Positions 17,011 to 24,580 of a stretch of DNA of 32,000 nucleotides are shown in pieces (position 1 is the stretch's first letter; every line of letters begins with the position of its first letter). Under the pieces are notes generated by a model. That model had not been told where the DNA came from, searched no databases, and worked only from the letters and a program-made list of their open reading frames with translations. Both the position numbers and the translations under genes were made by a program. The stretch lies in contig NZ_RSDW01000001.1 in NCBI RefSeq assembly GCF_003945235.1, positions 4,500,001 to 4,532,000 on the forward strand, read 5' to 3'. This stretch comes from Edaphobacter aggregans (GTDB lineage: Bacteria > Acidobacteriota > Terriglobia > Terriglobales > Acidobacteriaceae).

Positions 17011-17679
17011 ATGCGCTCTTCCTTCCGCTCAGTTCTGCTTGTTGTGGGGCTTGTCCTTTCGGCCTCATGCTTCGTCCACGCTGATACGATCACCATCTCC
17101 TTCTCGGAATACGCGACGGGGACAGTGGGAGGTCAATCCTTTACCAATCAACTCCTGACTTATAGCGGCTCGTTTACTACGGTGCAGTTGGCAGCCTGTC
17201 AGGTCGATCCCTCATTCAACTGCGTAGAGGCCCCAGGCGAAATCTTCTTCGAGCTTATGAACGGTTTGACGACAACGTTTACTGTTGGAGGCCTAGGGAC
17301 TTTCACGGGTACTGGTCGGGACGACGTTGATTTTGACTACTCCGGCAGCCTGACCAGCATCGCGCCTCGGTTTGGAGGGGACTTCGACCATTTCCTCGTC
17401 ATACCGACGACGCCGTCATTTCTCGGTAGCACCTGCGTTATGAATTTCCCGCCCTTTTACTGTCCTATCTATGCCGCTACTTCAGGGGGCGATCTGATCC
17501 TCACTTCTGTCGGCGATACCTACTCCACCGAGGTACTGGTCGACGGTGTTCCTCTCGCCTCCTCTACACCGGAACCATCCTCACTCACACTCTTCGCAAG
17601 CGGGGCCCTTGGCATATTTGAACTGGTGCGCCGTCGTCTACAGGGGCCGGACGATGACCAGCATTGGGGGACAGGCTGA
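17011..17679 (+). CDS. PEP-CTERM sorting-domain protein
   Basis: ATG at 17011 lies 4 nt after GGAGG. It has a signal peptide (MRSSFRSVLLVVGLVLSASCFVHA) and a C-terminal TPEPSSLTLFASGALGIFELVRRRL, which is PEP + TM + basic cluster. Confidence 0.85.
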   Translation: MRSSFRSVLLVVGLVLSASCFVHADTITISFSEYATGTVGGQSFTNQLLTYSGSFTTVQLAACQVDPSFNCVEAPGEIFFELMNGLTTTFTVGGLGTFTGTGRDDVDFDYSGSLTSIAPRFGGDFDHFLVIPTTPSFLGSTCVMNFPPFYCPIYAATSGGDLILTSVGDTYSTEVLVDGVPLASSTPEPSSLTLFASGALGIFELVRRRLQGPDDDQHWGTG

Positions 17680-17731
17680 GGCAGTTGTTGTTCTCAGTTA
17701 GGATTTGGGAGTGGTCAAGGAGAATGTTGAG

Positions 17732-17845
17732 ATGAGTTCGTCACATGAGTCGGCGGGTTGGTTGGAACGGTGGTGGCAGCTGCTGGTGATCGTTTTTGGG
17801 TTGATCTTCGTCACGATCCTGGTGACATTTTCGCCGACGATCTAA
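17732..17845 (+). CDS. Candidate 37-aa single-TM small protein (MSSSHESAGWLERWWQLLVIVFGLIFVTILVTFSPTI)
   Basis: AAGGAGA RBS lies 7 nt upstream of ATG 17732, and there is a clear hydrophobic helix. It is below the ORF-track cutoff, and no homology could be assessed. Confidence 0.35.
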   Translation: MSSSHESAGWLERWWQLLVIVFGLIFVTILVTFSPTI

Positions 17846-18397
17846 GGCCCTTAGGCCGGGTAACAAACCCGCTCAGACAAGCTATCAACAACAAAATGCC
17901 CAACACATTCCTCGTAACAGGGAAGACTGTGTGGGGCTTTGCATTGCGCAATCGATTCGCGCCGGCGTTCGCTGGCGAAGCCAATAACCTTGTCAAGCCC
18001 CCAAACCTTATAACGGCCAGAAAACAAGCAAGATAGACGTGGCCTAATCATTCAATCCAATCTGTTCTAATAGAAGTAGGGATAAGCGGAGACATTCCGT
18101 ATCTTGTGCGGTCTGATCTGGATGAGTACCCGAAGCCTAAGTCCAGACCTAAAGTATCTGCTTTGAAGACTTTGGGAATTATTGCCGGGGGGTAGGGGGT
18201 ACCCCACAAAGTCCGCCGCGCCAAAACCGCAGAGCATCACTTTGCGGTATCCTTGTAAAGACGCGCAACGGGCCAATATAAGCACCGAGTCTCACGTCGC
18301 TCCACTCGTACCAAAAAGATCGTCCTCCTTCAGCCCAGGTTGAAGGAATGCTGCGTGCGCACTCTTACAGAGAATCGCCCAGCAGGAAGGCAACACC

Positions 18398-20551
18398 TTG
18401 AGTAACCTAAGCACTCCCTCGGCCGACCAGCTCGCCGCCGCCCGCCTCGCGCACTGGCGCCACAATGGCGATCCAATCCTCACTATCAACATGCTCCGCG
18501 ACTGGCTCAACGCCTCAGGCCTGGTCCTCTACACGCCGCGCGCCCAGCAGCTTCCAACGCCCGCGCCCACCTTCGTAGAGTCCATCCTCGGTGCCGCGAA
18601 TGCCACTCCCTCTCTGGCCGACACCGAGCAGCCCCGCAGCCTCCTAGCCCGCCTCATCGCCGACGGTGGCGCAGTCCCACTCAACCTTCTCGGCTCACCC
18701 ACCGGAACCGGCACCGAGACCCCCGACTTCATCGTCTCCCCGCTAGCCTTCCCCTACATCTTCACCCTCCGCGGCGACAAGGCATGGAAGCAGCCACCCG
18801 TCACCAGCGGTCCCAGCAAGGTCTCCCCGCTGGCCCTCGCCACCTACAACCTGCTGGCCGAGCGCATCACCATGAGCGCCTACGACCTCACTACCCAGTT
18901 GGGCAAGGAGGTCACCGAGGCCGCAGTCCTGCGCGCCCTCACCGAACTCTGGCAGCACCTCCGCGTCATCCCCATCCCCCAACCCGACGGCGCCCCCACC
19001 CTATGGGAGCTAACCACCACCCGCTTCACCAAGCAAATCAAGGCCGGAGCCAACGCCGGACAGCCCACTGCCCTATCCGCCCTCATCTCCCTTTACCTCA
19101 GTCAGTCCCTCGTAGCCACCGAAGATGAGATCGAAACCTTCCTCTCCCCAGTCGCAGCCCGCTCTCGCATCCGCGACGTGGTCCACGCCCTCATCTCCGC
19201 CCGCCAGCTCGAGACCATCGCCATCGAAGGCAAGACTGTTCTCCACGTAGCGGGCGAGCTCCCTGCCTTCGCACCCATCGTCGTTACCCCAGCCCCCGAT
19301 GATATAGACGCCATCGTCCCCACCACCGAGGGTGACACACCAGAAACGCCACGCATCACCAAGTTCGTTCCCAAACCGCGCAAAGTCGGAACAGGATTCA
19401 TCAACCGACCAGCGCCCACCGGTGCGCCCGACCGCGAACGCCGCCCGTTCAACCGCGACGCCAAACCGGACTACTCCAAACCGTGGGAAGAAGAGAAGCG
19501 CGACAGATCCATCCGTCGCCCCAAGTCCTTCCAGTCCGGGCCACCAGCGGACCAGGCAGAAGCTTCAACCGGTGAGCGGCCAGCACGTCCCTACACCCGC
19601 AAGCCCAGCTTCGACCGCGAAGGCAGGCGCCCTTCCTTTGGCTCCAAGCCATCCTTCGGTTCCCGCCCATCTTTTGGTAGCAAGTCCCGCATGGGTGGTG
19701 ACCGGCCCACATTCCGCCGAGACAGCGACTCCTCCGAATCGCGCCCACCGCGCCGCGACTACGCCCCACGCTCCGAAGAGGGCGCAGGCGAATCCCGTCC
19801 ACCCCGCAGAACCTTCTCCAAGCCCGGCACCTTCGACCGCAAGCGCGAAGGCTTCGCCGGCAAGCCCTTCCGCCGCGACGGCGAGTCACGTCCCCCACGT
19901 CGCGATTTCGGCGACTCTCGTCCGCCTCGCCGCGACTATGGCTCTCGTTCCGAAGCCGGTTCAAGCGAAGCCCGTCCGCCGCGTCGCGAATATTCTGACT
20001 CACGTCCCCCTCGTCGCGACTTCGGGGATTCCCAGCCGCCACATCGCGAGTTCGGAGACAAGCCTGCTTTTTCTCGTGACCGTGCTGGCCGTGGCGACCG
20101 CTCGGAACAAGGTCCACGTTCTGGACCGCCGTACCGCAAATTCGATGCGCCTCGTGGCAAATTCTCAAGCGCCCGGAGCGAAGGCTCCGACCGCCCAACC
20201 CGGCCTGCTCGTTCCTTTCAATCAGAGGGGGCAGGAGACTCCGAGGCGAGACCGCGACGCACTTTTGGAACAAAAAAGCCCTACACCAAATCCAGCGAAG
20301 GTTTCAGCGACAGGCCCAAGAGTTTCGGAGCCAAAGGAAAATCGAGCTACGCCTCGAAAGGCAAACCAGACTTCGCCGATTCAAAGCCTTACGGCAAAAA
20401 GCCCTTTGCCAAATCCGGCAAGCCAGCGGGTAAGTTCGCAGGCAAGTCCACAGGGAGCGCGGGCAAGCCGGCCAGCACCTTCGACAAGTTCAAGGACAAT
20501 AAAAAGCCCTTCGGCAAAAGACCCCCTTCTCGAAAGTACAAATCCGAGTAA
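18398..20551 (+). CDS. Hypothetical protein: ~300-aa N-terminal domain with wHTH-like helices plus ~400-aa basic disordered repeat tail
   Basis: 717-aa ORF with a TTG start 7 nt after AGGAAGG and the same C-ending codon bias as neighbouring genes. The tail contains KPSFGS x3, at least seven SRPPRRD[FY]-like units and a K/P/F/G-rich end. The stop lies 14 nt before cmk. Confidence 0.8.
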   Translation: MSNLSTPSADQLAAARLAHWRHNGDPILTINMLRDWLNASGLVLYTPRAQQLPTPAPTFVESILGAANATPSLADTEQPRSLLARLIADGGAVPLNLLGSPTGTGTETPDFIVSPLAFPYIFTLRGDKAWKQPPVTSGPSKVSPLALATYNLLAERITMSAYDLTTQLGKEVTEAAVLRALTELWQHLRVIPIPQPDGAPTLWELTTTRFTKQIKAGANAGQPTALSALISLYLSQSLVATEDEIETFLSPVAARSRIRDVVHALISARQLETIAIEGKTVLHVAGELPAFAPIVVTPAPDDIDAIVPTTEGDTPETPRITKFVPKPRKVGTGFINRPAPTGAPDRERRPFNRDAKPDYSKPWEEEKRDRSIRRPKSFQSGPPADQAEASTGERPARPYTRKPSFDREGRRPSFGSKPSFGSRPSFGSKSRMGGDRPTFRRDSDSSESRPPRRDYAPRSEEGAGESRPPRRTFSKPGTFDRKREGFAGKPFRRDGESRPPRRDFGDSRPPRRDYGSRSEAGSSEARPPRREYSDSRPPRRDFGDSQPPHREFGDKPAFSRDRAGRGDRSEQGPRSGPPYRKFDAPRGKFSSARSEGSDRPTRPARSFQSEGAGDSEARPRRTFGTKKPYTKSSEGFSDRPKSFGAKGKSSYASKGKPDFADSKPYGKKPFAKSGKPAGKFAGKSTGSAGKPASTFDKFKDNKKPFGKRPPSRKYKSE
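19630..20058 (+). repeat. Degenerate in-frame tandem repeats (KPSFGS x3; [SEA][SA][RQ]PP[RH]R[DET][FY] x7)
   Basis: Units read directly: SRPPRRDY, SRPPRRTF, SRPPRRDF, SRPPRRDY, ARPPREY-type (ARPPRREY), SRPPRRDF, SQPPHREF. Synonymous codons differ between units. Confidence 0.8.
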
Positions 20552-20565
20552 GATAAGACCGCCGA

Positions 20566-21357
20566 ATGAGCCAGACAAACGAAACACCCCAATCGCCCCA
20601 GCCTGCGACTGCCAAACGCCATCGTCCCGTCATTGCTATCGACGGGCCAGCTGGCGCTGGCAAGAGCACACTCGCCGCCCACCTCGCTCGACGCTTCGGT
20701 TTCTTGAATTTAGAGACCGGAGCTATGTATCGCGCCCTCGCCCTCAAGGCGATCGAGAACGATCTGTCCTTTGACGAAGAAGCGCCGTTGCTGGACCTTG
20801 CAGCCTACACGCGTATCGCCCTTGAGCCTCAGGCCGAAGGCAATCGTGTTCTGCTCGACGGCCAGGATGTATCCCGTCGAGTCCGCGAAGCCGACGTCAC
20901 TGCAGCCGCCTCCAAGGTCTCTGTCCACCCACGCCTCCGCGCCTGGATGGTGCAGCAGCAGCAAGCACTGGGCGCCGGGGGCGGTGTCGTCATGGAGGGC
21001 CGCGACATCGGTACCGCCGTTTTCCCCGATGCGGAGGTCAAAATCTTTCTCGACGCTGCCCCTGAGGTTCGCGGCGACCGACGCTACCGTCAGGTAACTC
21101 CTTCTTTTCAAAAGTTCAGCGGAGATTACGACGAGTCGACGACGTCTGCTCCCGACTCACAGGTCTCGGAACAACAGCGGATCAAGCAGGAGGGCATCAT
21201 CCGCGACATGAAGGAGCGTGACGAACGCGACCGCAATCGCGCAGAATCACCCCTTCAGGCCGCCGTAGACGCCGTCATCTTGGACTCGACGACCCTGAGC
21301 CTGGACGAGGTTCTTGCTCGCGCAGAGCAGATTGTTCGCTCTCATCTTCCCGCGTGA
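20566..21357 (+). CDS. cmk: Cytidylate kinase ((d)CMP kinase)
   Basis: 263 aa with P-loop IAIDGPAGAGKST and motifs LETGAMYRA, EGRDIGTAVFPDAEVKIFLDA and ERDERDRNR...PL...DA..LDST. It carries a ~20-aa insertion relative to E. coli Cmk. Confidence 0.95.
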   Translation: MSQTNETPQSPQPATAKRHRPVIAIDGPAGAGKSTLAAHLARRFGFLNLETGAMYRALALKAIENDLSFDEEAPLLDLAAYTRIALEPQAEGNRVLLDGQDVSRRVREADVTAAASKVSVHPRLRAWMVQQQQALGAGGGVVMEGRDIGTAVFPDAEVKIFLDAAPEVRGDRRYRQVTPSFQKFSGDYDESTTSAPDSQVSEQQRIKQEGIIRDMKERDERDRNRAESPLQAAVDAVILDSTTLSLDEVLARAEQIVRSHLPA

Positions 21358-21598
21358 CAAGGGCTCCTGTTTGCCGACTTTTGATCAACCCTCCAAGAAT
21401 CATCGGTTTCACGGATCGAAACTGCACTAAAAACAGTGCAAACAAAAGTATTTAGTCGATTATCGAAAAAAAACTTGCCAAGTATGCTAACCTTCACTCA
21501 TCGTTTGAAACAGATTGGTTTTCTGCAAAGCTAGACAATGTACGAACCCCGATTTGGATCTACGGCAAAATTCAGTAGTAAACAAGGAAAGAAACAAC

Positions 21599-21799
21599 AT
21601 GGAACAGGGAACAGTAAAATGGTTTAACGATGCCAAGGGGTTTGGCTTTATCAGCCGTCAGAACGGCGAGGATGTGTTTGTGCACTACTCGGCGATCAAT
21701 TCGAACGGTTTTAAGAGCCTCCAGGAAGGCCAGGCAGTTCAGTTCAACGTGGTAAAGGGCCCCAAGGGCTGGCAGGCTTCTGACGTTCAGCCTCTGTAA
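21599..21799 (+). CDS. Cold-shock protein (CspA family)
   Basis: ATG at 21599 gives the 66-aa [33 protein letters not shown]..., with RNP1 KGFGFI and RNP2 VFVHY. The track ORF start at 21515 is upstream extension. A long AT-rich leader precedes the gene. Confidence 0.95.
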   Translation: MEQGTVKWFNDAKGFGFISRQNGEDVFVHYSAINSNGFKSLQEGQAVQFNVVKGPKGWQASDVQPL

Positions 21800-21834
21800 G
21801 GTTTAGCGCACGTCTTCGACCAAGTTTTGCGGGA

Positions 21835-21857
21835 GGGATGGCTTAGGCTATCCCTTT
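21835..21857 (+). terminator. Probable terminator after csp
   Basis: gggatggc-ttag-gctatccc forms an 8-bp stem with one G.U pair, followed by tttgcgcattt. The T-run is short. Confidence 0.5.
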
Positions 21858-22159
21858 GCGCATTTAATCTCTCTTCTACGTTCCCTTGTAGGGTTTTCGC
21901 GATCTTCGGTCTCTAATTTCGTCATTGTCGATCTGGAGTTGAATCGTTGCCGCAAGTAAGAGCGCTTCGCCAGCTGATCTCGCTCTCGAACGTTTCGGGT
22001 GGCCACGCCAACGTCCCGCATTCATGCCTGTAAGCCTGCGATGAGCCTGACGGATTCGATTCTTCAGACGGCATCGATGGCGCGATGGGTATCGGTAGCC
22101 GTCACAGCTACCGATCAGACCATCTTCGCTTTATCAGTGCAAGTGAGAACGTGATGCAG

Positions 22160-22588
22160 CTAAGACCCAGTTTTATGACCGAATTGTTCCTGCAGTTCGG
22201 GGAACCCGGAGGCGGCTTCCTGAACATCAGAAGGGAAGTCAGCGAACTCCTGGACCTGGCGAAGTTCTATTACTTCGTTGTCAGAAGCGGGACAACGCGA
22301 CGCCCATTCGATCGCCTCTTCTTTCGACTTCACCTGGATCATCCAGTAACCGCCGATGATTTCCTTCACCTCGGTGAAGGGGCCGTCGGTCACTTTGGGT
22401 TTGCCTCCTAAGAAGGAGATGCGAGCACCCATTGAGGGAGGGTGCAGGCCATTGAGAGCGAGCAGCACTCCCGCCTTCTGTAGAGATTCGTTGTACTTCA
22501 TCATGGCGGCGACAGCCGCGGGGTCAGGCATGGTTCCTGGTGCAGCGGTTTCGTATCCCTTGGGGATCATCAACATCATGAATCGCAT
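22160..22588 (-). CDS. YciI (YCII-related, DGPF-motif) family protein
   Basis: ATG at 22588 follows AAGGAGA. The 142-aa product MRFMMLMIPKGYE...VTDGPFTEVKEIIGGYWMIQVKSKEEAIEWASRCP fits the family. The track ORF extends 50 codons further and would overlap the next gene. Confidence 0.85.
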   Translation of the reverse strand: MRFMMLMIPKGYETAAPGTMPDPAAVAAMMKYNESLQKAGVLLALNGLHPPSMGARISFLGGKPKVTDGPFTEVKEIIGGYWMIQVKSKEEAIEWASRCPASDNEVIELRQVQEFADFPSDVQEAASGFPELQEQFGHKTGS

Positions 22589-22676
22589 CGCAGGGTCTCC
22601 TTGTGCGTTTGTCCGGTGAGGTGCGGTGACCTCGGTTACGAGTTCACTATGAGGTATGGCGTCGCTGAAAAGGAGT

Positions 22677-23030
22677 TTAGGGAGCGAAGTCTGACATCTC
22701 GTGCAGCAGTCGAATCTCCGTTTCGCCATCGCCGGCAACTTCGAGGAAGCGTTTAGTCCATTCGATGGCTCCCTCTTTGGATTTCGCCTGGATCAGTGCG
22801 AAACCTCCCACCACTTCTTTGACTTCGGTGAAAGGGCCGTCGGTCACTGCGAACTTTCCATTAGCGAGTCGAACGCGCGCGCCTTTGGCACTTGATTGGC
22901 AGCCTTCTGTCGCGAGCAGGACACCCGCTTTTGTCATGTCTTCGATCAGCTTGCCCATCGTGGCTATCTCCTGTTGGGTCGGTGGGGTGCTTTCTGGCTT
23001 ATTGGGCTTGTACAGACACAGATATCGCAT
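22677..23030 (-). CDS. YciI (YCII-related, DGPF-motif) family protein, tandem paralog
   Basis: ATG at 23030 follows AAGGAGA. The 117-aa product is MRYLCLYKPNKPE...VTDGPFTEVKEVVGGFALIQAKSKEGAIEWTKRF. Confidence 0.85.
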   Translation of the reverse strand: MRYLCLYKPNKPESTPPTQQEIATMGKLIEDMTKAGVLLATEGCQSSAKGARVRLANGKFAVTDGPFTEVKEVVGGFALIQAKSKEGAIEWTKRFLEVAGDGETEIRLLHEMSDFAP

Positions 23031-23179
23031 AGGTATTTCTCCTTCGGTCATTTGAGTGATGAGAGACCGATCTTAACTGGTCTCTACTTACACGTCGAAC
23101 GACGGCGAGCTAGATCGACAGTTCGAACGATTTTTTTATTTCAGCCAAGCTGGCCGAGATGGTCATCCTCTCAAATCGA

Positions 23180-24127
23180 CTACTGCGGCGATGCGGGCGT
23201 CGGGGTTGAGTTAGGTTCTTCCACTGTGCTGATGCCGGGAAGAATGGTGGAGGTGGCCTTGAACTTCCGGTAGTCGGAGTCGACGACACGGATATTGCCG
23301 TTGAAGTTGTAGAAGAGCAGCGCGCGTAAGGCTCCTTTTGCGTCGACGCTTGCCGGGAGCCAGACTTCGCTGTTTACCTTTCTCTGCTCGAAGGCGAAGT
23401 TGGTGTCCTTTTTGATGTTTACGACCAGGCCGCCGCCGATTTTGAAGGCGTTTACGAATCTGCCTTCGATGCGGGTGATGGAGCGATCCTGTTCGTCGAC
23501 CCAGATGGTGCCTGCGAGATTGCGGATCACATCTTCAAAGCGGTTGCGGGTCTTTGCCTTCGGGTCTCCTGTGTAGTCGACCGCTATGGTGTCACGTCCG
23601 TTTATCTGGACTCGTCTTGGATTGGTGAAGCTCCCGAGTGTGAGGAAGCGGGAGACGGTGACCTCATCATGTCCGTGCGGGTCGGTCTCTTCGCCTTTCT
23701 CGTCCGCTTTGCTGCGCCTCTCTTTGACCTTTGCGACCTCTTTGTCGATCCGTTCGTCTTCTTTCTTCTGCTCGTCTGCCGTGAGATCTTTGCCGTTTTT
23801 CTTGGTCATCTTCCGGACGGGTACTCCGTTAAGCCAGAAGACGTCGTATTCGGAGGTCTCGATCTTTTTCAGGCCACCGTGGCCGTCGTTCTCCTGTTCG
23901 GTGGCTACCTCGTGGAAGAGGTAGTCCTTCTGGATGGCCTCGGAGGCTTTCTGGTGCGTCTCGACCTCGTGCATCAGGGTTGGGATATCCGGGAGAGGGC
24001 GGACGTCTTCCTGGGGCGCTGGCTGCAGTTGGGGCGCTGTTTCCGCAGTTTGGGCTCCAGCTTTGGTTGTGGCTGAAGTTAGCAAGAGGGCTACGAGCAA
24101 TCCGAGCGTCCGGAGCAATTCCTTCAT
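23180..24127 (-). CDS. Secreted hypothetical protein (possibly a LolA-like beta fold with a charged Lys/Glu-rich insert)
   Basis: ATG at 24127 gives the signal peptide MKELLRTLGLLVALLLTSATTKAGAQ. The body is 315 aa, with the charged segment KKNGKDLTADEQKKEDERIDKEVAKVKERRSKADEKGEE. The C-terminal half is beta-rich (GTIWVDEQDRSITRIEGRFVNAFKIGGGLVVNIKK...). No named family was recognised. Confidence 0.7.
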   Translation of the reverse strand: MKELLRTLGLLVALLLTSATTKAGAQTAETAPQLQPAPQEDVRPLPDIPTLMHEVETHQKASEAIQKDYLFHEVATEQENDGHGGLKKIETSEYDVFWLNGVPVRKMTKKNGKDLTADEQKKEDERIDKEVAKVKERRSKADEKGEETDPHGHDEVTVSRFLTLGSFTNPRRVQINGRDTIAVDYTGDPKAKTRNRFEDVIRNLAGTIWVDEQDRSITRIEGRFVNAFKIGGGLVVNIKKDTNFAFEQRKVNSEVWLPASVDAKGALRALLFYNFNGNIRVVDSDYRKFKATSTILPGISTVEEPNSTPTPASPQ

Positions 24128-24282
24128 TTCTTCACTATAGATGTGATTTAGAAGTCTACCCCCACTCCCCAAGTATCCTATGTAAAGTATTGATTACAGG
24201 AAAGATATATTGGGACTTGCGGTGTAAAGTATTGGATTTGGCCCGAGCCCCCCGGTAAGGTATTCCATCTAAAAGGAAAATG

Positions 24283-24300
24283 CCGATTAATGTTAATCGG
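24283..24300. promoter_or_regulatory. Palindrome CCGATTAA-TG-TTAATCGG in the divergent AT-rich region upstream of the UxaA-family gene
   Basis: Perfect 8-bp inverted arms with a 2-bp spacer. It may be a transcription-factor operator, but the binding protein is unknown. Confidence 0.3.
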
Positions 24301-24580
24301 GGGCGATCCTTCGTCCTGAAATCTTCTCTCTATCCAGTATAGAAGATGGCACGGAATAAATATGCACCTATATCTGTATTTAGTACAACAACTTACGAGA
24401 TTTTTGACTTGACAATGTTTCTCGCGAATCAACGACCTATGTGCGGGCTGAAAGAGCATGGAGTTTATTGTGCGGGGAAAATCTTTCTTACTTGTGTGTT
24501 TTAGGAGTAGAGTGTGGTCGTACCAATCGTTATGCATTAAGCTGCTAGTTGGCAGTGTTTTAAAAAGATAGGACGTTTTG

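Noticed and set aside
18190-18260. AAAGTCCG ... AAAACCGC strings reminiscent of RNase P RNA conserved regions; tmRNA, SRP and 6S RNA were also considered for the 17.85-18.4 kb gap
   Set aside because: The surrounding conserved blocks (GAGGAAAGUCCGGGC, GGUAAGGGUGAAA, the tRNA-like CCA end, the SRP GGAA tetraloop helix) are absent. The GC content and length do not fit.
19332-20774. 480-aa ORF in an alternative + frame overlapping the repeat-tail gene and the cmk start
   Set aside because: It is a P/S/A/T/R-rich frame-shifted reading of the repeat region with no RBS, and it runs through the well-supported cmk start. It is an artefact of low-complexity GC-rich sequence.
21090-21200. ~20-aa insertion in Cmk (TPSFQKFSGDYDESTTSAPDSQVSEQQRIKQEG) relative to E. 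coli
   Set aside because: The length of this surface or LID-adjacent segment probably varies among NMP kinases. It is not evidence of a novel function.
21358-22160. A confident call of oriC at the skew switch
   Set aside because: There is no canonical DnaA-box cluster (best matches about 6/9), no dnaA/dnaN, and no supportive gene-orientation bias. It is reported only as a composition anomaly with alternative explanations.
24178-24537. 119-aa minus-strand ORF in the AT-rich gap upstream of uxaA
   Set aside because: It is Cys/His/Tyr/Phe-rich and non-protein-like, has no RBS, and its codon usage is unlike the neighbouring genes.
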